Positions 1 to 12,689 of a stretch of 64,000 nucleotides of DNA are shown one piece after another (within the stretch, counting starts at the first letter, position 1; each line of letters begins with the position of its first letter). The translations under genes were made by a program, and so were the position numbers. Source of the DNA: Eledone cirrhosa. Taxonomy: Eukaryota. The DNA is taken from assembly GCA_964016885.1 (NCBI GenBank), contig OZ024763.1:12648001-12712000 (forward strand). The letters are read 5' to 3'. The notes beneath the pieces are model-generated. The model was not told the DNA's origin and did not search any database. It saw only the letters and a program-made list of their open reading frames with translations.

Positions 1-199
1 AGGCCATATGGTTTTCAAACCCCCTTTGAAAATAATCAAGAATTTTGAGGGATTTAGTAATTTAACTAATTTGCCTATTTTTACACTGGTGTTTTGAACA
101 AAACCCAATCCTTTCGTTACGATATTTCTTATGAAAAACACTATCTTTCAAATCCTTATGAAAATAATCAAGAATTTGGAAGGATTTAGTGATATAACT

Positions 200-380
200 G
201 TTTCTACTTTAGGCACAAGGTCAGCAATTACCAGTACATTACTGGTACTTTATTTTATTAACCCCGTAAGGATGAAAGGCAAAGTCAACCTCGGCGGGAT
301 TTGAACTCAAACCGTAAAGGGACGTAACTATGCTGGAAAGCATGGTGTCTGACACTCTACCGATACTGCCAATCCACCGC
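200..380 (-). mobile_element. tRNA-derived SINE, family 1 (Meta-domain-like core)
   Basis: The reverse complement has an A box (TGGCAGTATCGGTAGAG), a B box (GAGTTCAAATCCC) and the core GCCTTTCATCCTTACGGGG...ATAAAATAAAGTACCAGT. About 15 copies occur in the window. Confidence 0.85.
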
Positions 381-408
381 AAACTTTATCATTATTTAAT
401 GGTATTAT

Positions 409-585
409 TGGCAGTATCGGTAGAGGGTCGGACGCCATGCTTTCCAGCATAGTTACATCCCTTTACGATCTGAGTTCAAATCCCGCCGAGGTTGACTTTG
501 CCTTTCATCCTTACGGGGTCGATAAAATAAAGTACCAGTAATGCACTGGGTAATTGCTGGCCTTGTGCCCAAAGTAGAAACAATT
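409..585 (+). mobile_element. SINE family 1 copy, inverted relative to 200-380
   Basis: TGGCAGTATCGGTAGAGGG...GAGTTCAAATCCCGCCGAGG...GTACCAGT...GTAGAAAC. Confidence 0.85.
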
Positions 586-609
586 ATTTAGTTGGGTTGG
601 ATTGGCCAG

Positions 610-795
610 GGCGGTGGACTGACTGTGTCGGTAGAGGGTCTGACGCCATGCTTTGCAGCAAAGAGTTACAGCTCTTTATGATCTGAGTTCAAATCCCACC
701 GAGGTTAACTTTGCCTTTCATCTTTACGGAGTCGATAAAATAAAGTACCAGTAATTACACTGGGGTAATTGCTGGCCTTGTGCCAAAAGTATAAT
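610..795 (+). mobile_element. SINE family 1 copy
   Basis: GGCGGTGGA head, B box GAGTTCAAATCCC and the same core. Confidence 0.85.
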
Positions 796-856
796 CAATT
801 ATTTAGTTGGTGTTTGGAACATAGCTTAACAAAGTTTCTTACATAGAATTATAATT

Positions 857-972
857 GTTTCAACTTTTGGCACAATGCCAACAATTTTGGGGGAGCGGCA
901 AGTCAATGAAACCGACCCAGTGCATTACTGGTACTTTATTTTATCGACCCCTTAAGGATGAAAAGCAAAGCG
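857..972 (-). mobile_element. SINE family 1 partial copy (core and tail)
   Basis: ACTGGTACTTTATTTTATCGACCCC..AAGGATGAAA. Confidence 0.75.
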
Positions 973-974
973 AA

Positions 975-1089
975 CATACATACATACACACATATATATA
1001 TATACATACACATATATATATATATATACATACAAATACATATATATACATACACATATATATACATACATACACATATATATACATAC

Positions 1090-1122
<33 letters not shown>

Positions 1123-1259
1123 CATACATATACATATATATACATACATATACATACATATACATACATACATACATACATACATATACATACATACATA
1201 CATATATATATACATATATATACATACATACACATATATATATACATACATATACATAC

Positions 1260-1293
<34 letters not shown>

Positions 1294-1583
1294 ATACATA
1301 CATACATATATATACATATATATACATACATATACATATATATACATACATATACATACATATACATATATATACATACATACACATATATATACATAGA
1401 TACATATACATATACATACATATACATATATATACATACATACACATATATATACATAGATACATATACATATATATACATACATACACATACATATATA
1501 TACATACACACATATACATATATATACATACATACACATATATACATACATAAATATACATATACACACACACACATACATAT

Positions 1584-1614
<31 letters not shown>

Positions 1615-1617
1615 TAT
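975..1617. repeat. Compound (TA/TACA)n microsatellite
   Basis: Direct reading. Confidence 0.95.
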
Positions 1618-1844
1618 TGAGAAAGTGAACCCCCTGTTCGATCATCCAAAACCAATAACTTATATATATATATATATATTAGGTATTAATTTAACAATGA
1701 AAATAATAACTATCAAGTTATTTTACCTATTCATATCGATGTTTTACGATCGTTTCGGAGGGCTGATGATATCGACTGATCTATAGCAGTTATATAACTG
1801 TATACTATCAGACTTCATAGATAGGTTCGATCATATCGCTGTCT

Positions 1845-1847
<3 letters not shown>

Positions 1848-1883
<36 letters not shown>

Positions 1884-2447
1884 ATATATATATATAATAT
1901 ATATATATAATATATATATATAATATATATATATAATATATATATATAATATATATATATAATATATATATAGGTAATATATATATATAATATATATATA
2001 TAATATATATATATAATATATATATATAATACTATATATATTAATATATATAGATAATATAATATATATATATAATATATATATAATATATATATAATAT
2101 ATATATATATAATATAATATATATAATATAATATATATAATATAATATATATATATAATATATATATATTAATATATATATATATATATATAGAATATAT
2201 ATATATAATATATATATATATAATATATATATATAATATATATATATAATATATATATATAATATATATATAATATATATATATAATATATATATATATA
2301 ATATATATATATAATATATATATATAATATATATATATAATATATATATATATAATATATATATATAATATATAATATATATATATAATATATATATATA
2401 TAATATATATATATATATAATATATATATATAATATATATATATAAT

Positions 2448-2490
<43 letters not shown>
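1848..2490. repeat. (TA)n / TAATATATA microsatellite
   Basis: Direct reading. Confidence 0.95.
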
Positions 2491-2494
<4 letters not shown>

Positions 2495-2582
2495 GTAGAA
2501 CACTCGAAGGTAATATCTGTAGTGGTAGAGCACTCAGTCCATGGGACAAGTTAGGTAGAAGTGGTAACACAACAGTTAGTTC

Positions 2583-2634
2583 ACCATACTGAGAACAATT
2601 GTTTCACCTCAGCGGATCTTCAGCTCGGACTGGT
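2583..2634 (-). ncRNA. Type I hammerhead ribozyme motif (PLE pseudo-LTR)
   Basis: Minus strand reads ACCAGTCCGAG CTGAAGA TCC-GCTGA-GGT GAAAC AATT GTT CTCAGTATGGT. Loop 3 is palindromic and stem I has mismatches. A related partial copy lies at ~34435-34485. Confidence 0.7.
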
Positions 2635-2689
2635 CATAGCTATACGGAATAGGAAGAATAACCGCGGGGGAAGTTCTTCTCTAAGGCTT

Positions 2690-2845
2690 CGAAGAATATC
2701 CCGGATATTCTTCGAAGCCTTAGAGAAGATCTTCCCGCCCAACCATAGGTATAGAAAAATCCTTAATAGGAACAATATAAAAATATCCTTCTCTACTACT
2801 CCTAACCTAGCAGACATCATAGGAACAGCGAACCACAGTAAGATC
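2690..2845 (+). pseudogene. Penelope-like element fragment (RT thumb / RT-endonuclease linker)
   Basis: IFFEALEKIFPPNHRYRKILNRNNIKISFSTTPNLADII matches the recalled PLE motif FP..H.L.KIFNRN..K.SYS...N...II. Confidence 0.75.
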
Positions 2846-2908
2846 ACCATGACACAGCACCTTAGCACAGACGCATTCCTGGTAGATTATTATATGTTAA
2901 GTGGTAAT

Positions 2909-2947
2909 TGAACAAGTACTTTCATGCTTCGCAATCTTCAGGGTTCA
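2909..2947 (-). ncRNA. Minimal hammerhead ribozyme motif
   Basis: Minus strand reads TGAACC CTGAAGA TTGC-GAA-GCAT GAAAG TA CTT GTTCA. Stem I is off by one nucleotide. Confidence 0.6.
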
Positions 2948-3320
2948 TATTCTGTGGTGACAGTCAAGTTGCAATTTTCAAATTAACACTTAACATTTAA
3001 TATTCTACCATACTATTTCATTCTAATACCATTATAAATTTTAAAGGATTGTAAATAAAACGAGTAAATCAGACAAAGTCGGAATTCCTTTTATTAATAG
3101 AATCTTCTATACACAATCATACACAGCCGAGTATATATATATATATATATATATATGGGGGGGGGGGGGTAGTCCATCAATCATCCACTTCCACGACTGT
3201 GCACAACTGTAGAGTGGAACTAGAATTCAAAAATGAGCGAGCCTCTATAATGAAAACATCAAACTCGTGAGTCCCCTTGTCCAGAGCTTGTATTGCATTA
3301 GCAGCATTATTACGTAAGAT

Positions 3321-3401
3321 GCTGTCTGATGAAGTCGTGTTGGTGGTTGCGTGATCACAGCATCACGTGATCATAAACGCCACAGAAATATGTATCACCG
3401 C
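3321..3401 (+). ncRNA. Hammerhead ribozyme motif with long stem II
   Basis: GCTGT CTGATGA [stem II including GTGGTTGCGTGAT/ATCACGTGATCAT] GAAAT ATGT ATC ACCGC. Stem I has one mismatch. Confidence 0.65.
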
Positions 3402-3903
3402 TGATTATGAATATCTACATCTGACCTACCCAATTATCATTTATCATTATTGTGTGTGTGTGTGTGTGTGTGTGGTGTGTATGTGGTGTGTGGTGTGTGT
3501 GTGTGTATGTATACACTTTTTCATTAATAGCGAGGCTATATGTTTATTGTATATAAACATATAGTATATGCTTTCATATTCACTCCTAATGTATACACAC
3601 ATAGGTACGCTCACGCATACATACACACACACACACATACATACATACATACACACGCATGTTTATTTGTCGTGGATAATAATACGTAAAAGATTTTGAT
3701 CTCACACAAGTCTCGCGTACTTGAGATTCTTATCACGTGCTCAGTCGGTCGCAGAACTCATTAAATAACAACAATCTGAACATAAATTCAGATCAAAATG
3801 TCAGCTAATATCCCCAGCCCTCATCCCTCACCCCCGGAGAATCTCTTAAGGCACCAAGTGGAAAAAAATTGATATTTTATTATTATTATTTTTATTATTA
3901 TAT

Positions 3904-4210
3904 CCCACTACAACCCTAGCTTCTCTTAGCCCACCCCTGCCTCTAAACCCTCCCCCACTACCACCCTAGCTTCTAACTCACCCCTGCCCCTAAGCCCTCC
4001 CCCACCACTCTAGCTTCTCTTAGCCCACCTCTGCCCCCTAAGCCCTCTCCCACTACCACCCTAGCTTCTAGCTCACCCCTGCTCCTAAGCCCTCTCCAAC
4101 TACCACCCCCACCTTCTAGCGCACCCTGCCCCTGGAAACTCCCTCCTCCCAAACCTGCTGACCCACCCCTGCCCCTAGAACTCCCCCCACCACCACCACC
4201 CTAGCTTCTC
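3904..4210. repeat. Degenerate C-rich ~50-55 bp tandem repeat
   Basis: Recurring CCACTACCACCCTAGCTTCT...CACCCCTGCCCCTAAGCCC. Confidence 0.75.
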
Positions 4211-4268
4211 CTTGTCCTCAACCCTCGAAACTACTCTTTTATTCTCAAGTAGGTAATTTTTACTTCAG

Positions 4269-4315
4269 ATGCCAGGTACTAACCGCTGCCTTCTCGGTGG
4301 GTGGGCCATTCGGAG
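4269..4315 (+). other. Candidate isolated 47-nt exon
   Basis: Acceptor TTTTTACTTCAG and donor GAG|GTAAGT. Two frames are open (CQVLTAAFSVGGPFG; MPGTNRCLLGGWAIR). No homology recognised. Confidence 0.25.
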
Positions 4316-4584
4316 GTAAGTTCACGCCGTAATTACTGGTTTGGTTACAATAATAACTAGACCACCCGTCACCTCACATTCACTTCAAAATATTTTTTTT
4401 AAATCTTGTTCACTTAAAAATAATCTTTAAATAATTATAATATACACAGACATGTATATAATGTGAAATGAAACTGGAAGGCCCATATATATACGTGTGT
4501 GTTTCCTCTCAACCCCTTTTTGCTATATGTCTCTCCACCACTCCCCTACACACCCTTGGAACTCTCTTCCCACACACTTTTCAC

Positions 4585-4615
4585 CCGAAGAAGGGCTTAT
4601 GCCCGAAACGTCGTT
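4585..4615 (+). ncRNA. Decayed minimal hammerhead motif
   Basis: CCGAAGA AGGGC-TTAT-GCCC GAAAC GTC GTT. The core has a U>C change and there is no stem I pairing. Confidence 0.55.
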
Positions 4616-4754
4616 CCCCACCACCACTCACTCTCAAGAGCGTGAAATTAATAAACCTTTGTTCGTACTGCCTCTCTGTTTTGTTCCCGTTCAATTTTTC
4701 ACTATATATATATATATGTGTGTGTGTGTGTTTGTATACATATATATATGTATA

Positions 4755-4799
<45 letters not shown>

Positions 4800-5059
4800 G
4801 TGTCTGTGATCTATATACACTGGTCATAGACACACACACACACATATATATATATACACACACATTCTCTCTCTATATATATACACAACAACACCACCAG
4901 CTCTCTCTCTCTCTCTTGCATTCTCCTTCTCTGTCTCCTCTCCCTCTCTCTATGTCTCTCTTTCAATCTACTCTCTCACAACCACTATCTCTTTCTCTCT
5001 ATCCTCCACTCTCTCTGTTTATGAAGGTACCCAGAAACCCCCATATCCCGGGAACCCTT

Positions 5060-5290
5060 GCTTCGATTTACGCGAAACTTGTTTTATTCCATTTGTATTC
5101 CCATTTCAGGGGCACCTTCCTTTCAAAGTATTTTCTTATGCACCTTCGAAGAAGTTGATGAGGGCATGGCTGGAGAGGAAGGTTCCAATCCACAAACCTT
5201 TTAGACGTCTCCACCACACGACATCCTTCATCATAGCTACCAGACAGAGGAAGACTTGTCGAGCTTCTCTACTAAAGGGAGGTAACTGTT
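5060..5290 (-). pseudogene. LINE ORF2 3'-terminal fragment, probably L1/Tx1-like
   Basis: PPFSREARQVFLCLVAMMKDVVWWRRLKGL...LINFF resembles the C-terminal region of L1/Tx1 ORF2 (recalled, not searched). Confidence 0.45.
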
Positions 5291-5309
5291 TAACAAGAGT
5301 TTCTGATAG

Positions 5310-5975
5310 ATGCACAAGGCCAACAATTTGAAAATTGATTGAATTGACCCCAGAGTGTTGCCGGTACTTTATTTTATCGACCTTGTAAGGATGAAAGGCA
5401 AAGTTAACCTCGGCGGGATTTGAACTCAGAACGTAAAGTGCCGTAACAACGTGCCACAAAGCATATTGTTTGATGCTCTACCGAGACTGCCAATAATAAT
5501 AATAATTGTTTCTACTTTTGGCACAAGGCCAGCAATTATTCCACTGTATTACTGGTACTTTATTTTATCGACCCTGTAAGGATGAAAGGCAAAGTTAACC
5601 TCGGCGGGATTTGAACTCAGACCTTAAAGGGCCGCAACTCTATGCTGCAAAGCATAGCGTCCGACCCTCTACCGATACTGCCAATATAATAATAATAATA
5701 ATAATAATAATAGTAATTGTTTCTACTTTGGGCACAAGGCCAGCAATTGCCCAGTACATTACTGGTACTTTATTTTATCGACCCCGTAAGGATGAAAGGC
5801 AAAGTCAACCTCGGCGGGATTAATAATAATAATGGTTTCTTATTTAGGCACAAAGCTAGCAATTAGGGGGGGGAGCAGAAAGTCGATTAAATCGACCCCG
5901 TAAGGATGACAGGCGAAGCTAACTTCAGCGGGAATTGAATTCAAAACGTAAAGGGTTATAACTCTATGCCGCAAA
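5310..5975 (-). mobile_element. Cluster of four same-orientation SINE family 1 copies separated by (TAA)n
   Basis: Copies at ~5310-5495, 5507-5685, 5718-5821 and 5835-5975. Confidence 0.85.
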
Positions 5976-7879
5976 ACAATGATAATGATGATGATGATGA
6001 TCTCTTTTACTGGCCACAAGGGCCCAAAAGACAACACGATGACGAATTACAACTCGAAAAATAAAAAAGAAAATGGAGGTCCGAACCACTCACTCCCTCC
6101 TAATAAATAACACATCTTGAAGTGATTATGGCTTTAAAAAAATGTAAAATCTACTTCTGTCTGAAGCCGACATCATTAAGAATGCTACACACTTACTTAT
6201 TAGAAGGACTACATGATGATAGGAAATTCACACACCCCGGGTGGTTATAGTGGTGGTGGAGGTGGTGAGGGTGGTGGTAGTGGTGGTGGAAGAGGCGATG
6301 GTGTAGTAGGTGGTGGTGGTGGTGGATGAGGTGGAGACGCGGCAAGTGATGATGATGTTGTTGGAAGTGGTGATGTGATGGTGGAGGAGGAGATGGGCTT
6401 GATTGTTGTGGTGGTGGGGTAGTGGAGGCGGAGGAGGAGGTGGTTATGTGGTGGTGGTGGTGGTGGTGGTGAAAGGGTGTGTAATACACGAAGCAACACT
6501 AAAACCACAACAACACCAACACCGCCACCAACACCAACCACCAACAACACCAACACCACCAACACCACCAACAACACCAACAACAATAACAACAACAATA
6601 TAATTATGTTGGTACTTAAGAAGCTATTAAGAATAAATCAGACTTGTAAATATGTTAAGGAAGGAAATAAATAGAAAGATTAAGATGGCTGCCGACGACA
6701 AATGAACATATGGGATTGATCTCGTTCTCGGAGATACGAGATTTCAAATTCTTCTTTCTCTCTTTCTTTCTTTCTTTCTCTATTCTCTCTCTTTATTTCT
6801 CTATTCTGTCTGTCTCTCTTAACTCTCGCTTCCTCTCACTTTCTTTCTCTATTCTCTCTCTCTCTCTCTCTCGTTCCTCTCTTTCTTTCTTTCTCTCTCT
6901 CTCGTTCCTCTCTTTCTCTCTCTATTCTCTCCACACTTACATACGTACATATACACATGCATCCATAGATATATTCAGAAACACAAACAAACATAAGTAC
7001 ACACATATACGTTAAAACCAAGATACATACTCACGTTAAAGTCCATATATACAGACATATACACACAAGGAGAGAGACGGGGGAGAGGAAGAGAGAGAGG
7101 TGGATGGGGGGAAAGAGAGAGAGGGGATGGTGAGAGAGAAAGAGAGAGTGGGAGTGATGGGGAGAGAGAGAGAGTGAGGGGGAGAGAGGAAGTGAGAGGG
7201 GGAGAGAGGAAGTGAGAGGGGGAGAGAGGAAGTGAGAGGGGGAGAGAGGAAGTGAGAGAGGGAGAGAGGAAGTGAGAGAGGGAGAGAGGAAGAGGGAGAG
7301 GGGAGAGAGGAAGAGGGAGAGGGGAGAGAGGAAGAGGGAGAGGGGAGAGAGGAAGAGAGAGAATAATTTTCAGTCTTTGAGATTAATTTCGCTGCGGGCG
7401 ACAAATATAAATAAGAGAGGAGAGGGGTAGAGAGAAGGGTAAAGGGTAGAGTGAGAGGGATAGAGAGTGGGTAGGGGAAAGGGGATGGGAACGAGGGGAT
7501 AGAGAGATGGGTAGAATGAGGGATAGAGAGAGGATAGGGGGAGGGATAGAGAGGGGAGGGATAGAGGGAGGAGAGAGGAGGGATAGAGAGAAGGGTAAAT
7601 GCTAAAGAAAGAGGGGGTATGTTAAGGGGATGCTGTGTACTCTAATGGGGGGTAAGTAGGAGGAGAAACAAGCAAGAAACAGAGAAGCTACTGACACGGT
7701 TTCAATTCTACGTCCGATATGTCAAATGAAATAAGAAAATAATAGTGTGAAGTGTTGAAAGGTTGTGACCCGCACCACGTGTAGTGAAGGTCATCTTAGC
7801 ATTATAGGCCCTCACTTCCCTCCTCAGGCGAAGAAAGGTACTGGGACTCTATAAACATAACCACCATCACCACCACCAC

Positions 7880-8750
7880 CGTATCTATGGGGAATAGACT
7901 TGTATCTATGGCTAATAGGCTTACTGTAACTATAAGCTAATAGACTTGTGGTATCTATGGTGAATAGACTTGTCGTATCTATGGCGAATAGACTTGTCGT
8001 ATCTATGGCGAATAGGCTTGTCGTATCTATGGCGAATAGGCTTGTCGTATCTATGGCGAATAAACTTGTCGTATCTATGGCGAATAGACTTGTCGTATCT
8101 ATGGCGAATAGACTTGTCGTATCTATGGCGAATAGACTTGTCGTATCTATGGCGAATAGACTTGTCGTATCTATGGCGAATAGACTTGTGGTATCTATGG
8201 CGAATAGACTTGTCGTATCTATGGTGAATAGACTTGTCGTATCTATGGCGAATAAACTTGTCGTATCTATGGCGAATAAACTTGTCGTATCTATGGCGAA
8301 TAAACTTGTCGTATCTATGGCGAATAAACTTGTCGTATCTATGGCGAATAGACTTGTCGTATCTATGGCGAATAGACTTGTCGTATCTATGGCGAATAGA
8401 CTTGTCGTATCTACGGCTAATAGACTTGTCGTATCTATGGCGAATAAACTTGTATCTATGGCGAATAGACTTGTCGTATCTATGGCTAATAGGCTTGTCG
8501 TATCTATGGCGAATAAACTTGTATCTATGGCGAATAGACTTGTCGTATCTATGGCGAATAGACTTGTCGTATCTACGGCTAATAGGCCTGTCGTATCTAT
8601 GGCGAATAGACTTGTCGTATCTACGGCTAATAGGCTTGTCGTATCTATGGCGAATAGACTTATATCTATGGCGAATAGACTTGTAACTACGGCTAACAGA
8701 TTTGTGGTATCTACGGCTAATAGGCTTACTGTATCTATGGCTAAGAGACT
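7880..8750. repeat. 24-bp minisatellite (TAGACTTGTCGTATCTATGGCGAA)n
   Basis: About 36 units, some being 21-bp deletion variants; 8-aa periodicity in the ORF track. Confidence 0.95.
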
Positions 8751-9611
8751 TGTCAACAAATAAGGGAAAAGACAAACACCGTTTCTCACTGGATCCAGTT
8801 ACTGCAGTATCTGTCTGGAACCATCGACTGCTCATCCAATCCCACAACTATCGATATTTAGCCAGTCGAGAGGCATTTACAGGACCCAGTCACTGCCGTA
8901 TCTGTCTGTCTGTCCCTGCCAGCGACAACTCCCGCCTCCGTGGTTTCTAAACAACACCAGCAGCTATCCAATATACTGCGAGGGCCATCAACTACAGAAA
9001 TAACTCACAAGAGATTAACTCTTGCATCTTACTGAAACAAAATGTCGTAAATCCAACTAACAACAACAGGAAATAAAAAAAAACGATGAAAAACAGGAAA
9101 AAGAAAGAGAAAAATAAAAAGAAAGAAAGAAAAGAAAATGAAAGAAAAACGAAAGAAAAAAAATAAAACGAAGGAAAAAGGACAGATAAAAGAAAAAAAA
9201 GAAAGAAAAGGAAAACGAAAGAAAAAGAAAGAAAAAAGAAAGAAAGAAAAGGAAAACGAAGGAAAAAGAAAAAAAAGAAAGGGAAAAAAGAAAGAAAAGG
9301 GAAAAGATAAAAGAAAGAAAGGGAGAAGAGGAAAATGAAAAAAAAATAGAAATAAAGAAAAAAAAGATGAAAGAAGGAATGAAAGAAAGAGATAAGAGAG
9401 AATGAAAAGAAAGTCGGCCATTTTGAATAAATTCCGAGCCTAAGTAAGTTTACTGGGTTTTTGTTTGAAGTGTGTTTAAGATTGTTTGGTTTCAAACACT
9501 CCAGTGCATTTTTATCGTCACCTTTAAAGCTAAGCTAAGCCTAGACACCACTCAAAGTAACAATATGTATTGTGTGTACAGTTGTACAGTGGGGATTGTT
9601 GTGTGTGTGTG

Positions 9612-10235
<624 letters not shown>

Positions 10236-10527
10236 TATCAAGTATATCCAATGTATTTAATCTTTTTTCTCTTTCTTCGAGCACTCGAGTGCATTTTCGC
10301 CGTCACTTGTAAAGCTATCATCACTCAAAGCAATGTATGTACAATGTGTGTAGAGAATATACAGGGTGTATAGCGTGTATACAATGCGTATACAGTGTAT
10401 TTAACTTTTTTATTGTTTCGAACACCAGAGTACATTCTTGCCGTCAACTTTAAAGCCAAGTTAAGCCTAGCTACCACCACTCAAAATATGTGAATAGTGT
10501 GTTTACAGAGTGTATATAGTATGTAGA

Positions 10528-10563
<36 letters not shown>

Positions 10564-10807
10564 TATATACAACGTATATATGTATCGTATCTAAGGTATG
10601 TCGGATGTCTCCAGTGAGTGTTAGAGTGGCAAGATAAAGAGAGAGCGTTAAATCTTTAAAGAAACGCCATTGAGGTACAAGGAATGTAGCAAACAAGCAT
10701 AGCAGACGACATTGTCGTTAACAGCGACACCAACAACAGCAGCAACAACTACAATAATAACAACATCAAGAAGAAGAATATAACAACATCAAGAATAATA
10801 ATATAGC

Positions 10808-10945
10808 TGTTTCTACGTTAGGCACAAGGCCAGCAATTACCCCAGTGGCATTACTGGTACTTTATTTTATCGACCCCGTAAGGATGAAAGGCAAAGTTAA
10901 CCTCGGCGGGATTTGAACTCAGAATGGCAAGGGCCGCAACTCTAT
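10808..10945 (-). mobile_element. SINE family 1 copy, 5'-truncated
   Basis: Core and B box present. Confidence 0.85.
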
Positions 10946-11045
10946 ATAACAGCAACACGAAAGTACAAGATAGATACAAAAAGTGTTTATTATATATATA
11001 TATATATACGGATTGGACAATACCGTATATTTTGGTAGATTTATC

Positions 11046-11095
<50 letters not shown>

Positions 11096-11603
11096 CTCTA
11101 CGGTTCTTATATATTTGATATATATTTATCCTTATCGAGCCCTCTTTGGATTTTAGTCTTCAAATTTATTATTATTACTATATATATATATATATATGTG
11201 TGGGGGGGGGGGGGGAGCGGAGGGGATATATATATTATGCATAGACAAAGAGAGAGGGAGAAGAAAAGAAAGTTCATGGGATAGAAAGAGAGGGGGAGAG
11301 AAGGAGGAAAGACTGTAAAAAAAGAGAAATTTGTTTTATATATATATGTATAGTTGAAAATGAACAAACAAAACACAGGAGGCAATTGTTCACACATATT
11401 TGTATATACATGAATATGTGTGTATAATATTACTGAATAACCTAGAGAGAGAGAGAGAGGAAGAGAAAGAGAGAAAGAGAAAGAAAAAGAGGGAGAGAAA
11501 GAGAGAGAGAAAGGGGAGGCGAAGCATTTATAGAAGTTTCAGGGGTCATGACACACAAACAAGGTTTAGGTAAGTTTAACATGAAGGTTAATACCTGGAT
11601 GAA

Positions 11604-11656
<53 letters not shown>

Positions 11657-11944
11657 TCTATAACATTTTTGCTATTTGGAAAACCGCCACAGTGCAGGTG
11701 ACCTATATATAATAGTTCAAAAAAGTAGATTCAAATGCCTCTGGTGTCGGAGGAAATTGGACAGAATCGCCTGCCTCATCAGAGGTATTCTGTCCGACAT
11801 ATTTAATTGTTTGTAGTTCATCTGCATTGTAACAGCTTTCAAAAAGCTAAATGAATTGTTTCAAATTTCATCAATCTCAAATATATATATATCTGTATAT
11901 ATATATATCTGTATATATATATATATTTGTATATATATATATAT

Positions 11945-12560
11945 ATATATAAAAATCTACTTTTCTGTATGTGTGTGTATGTGTGTGTGGACAATTTTTA
12001 ATGAGGGCTCATATATTCTAAACCATTGATGCGATTTCTTTGAAATTTTTTACAGAGCTTCTCCTTGCACAAAACTTATACATGATCTACAAAGGCTATC
12101 AAAAATCGATATTGGAGCCTTTGGAGACATTAAAAAATTTCGGTTATTTGTGTCAATTTTTTGTGATTAAGTAACAAGAGTTATCTTTCGTCAATATTTC
12201 GTGATTAAGACAAGAGTTATCTTTCGTCAATACAATAGGAACTCATTTTTGATCTTGTCAAACATTTTATTTTCGGATTTTGATTATTATAATTCGGCTC
12301 ATTCGGATTTTACTTTACTCTTTGTACTTGAAACAAAAGGTTTGTCAAAACAATTTATACCTATAATGGATTTCTGTTGTTACATGGGATAACGGATGAC
12401 TCCGAACTCATATATTAATTATTTCGCTGGAATAGTGCCTAAGGTTTTCATGTTTACATAAGGTACGTTTTTCTTCTGTGTATTCAAATTTACTTTGTTT
12501 AGTTTAATGAGCTACATCGAAAGCTACTTGAACCCTCCAAAGGACGAGTACTTTAGCTAG
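11945..12560 (+). mobile_element. Non-autonomous Helitron-like element
   Basis: Starts TATATAAAAA followed by (TGTG)n and CGATTTCTTTGAAATTTT, and ends ...GAGTACTTTAGCTAG|T. The 3' hairpin is decayed. Confidence 0.45.
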
Positions 12561-12689
12561 TAGCGGTGTTATTGCTAGATAGATATTTTTGGATTTTTAT
12601 CCGTCGTCAGTGACATATATACTTACTCGCTACTGAGACAAAAAAAAAAAAAAAAAGGAAAACAATGTGTGTAACAGGGGTTAAGTTGA

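Noticed and set aside
409-490. tRNA genes at SINE heads
   Set aside because: The A/B boxes continue into a shared SINE core in many truncated copies, and there is no clean cloverleaf.
7824-8847. Repetitive 270-320 aa ORFs on both strands
   Set aside because: A by-product of a 24-bp unit divisible by three; no unique domain or splice context.
8780-9030. Unique GC-balanced stretch beside a long pyrimidine tract on the minus strand
   Set aside because: The frames I checked contain stops and no clear donor was found; it could be UTR but this is unsupported.
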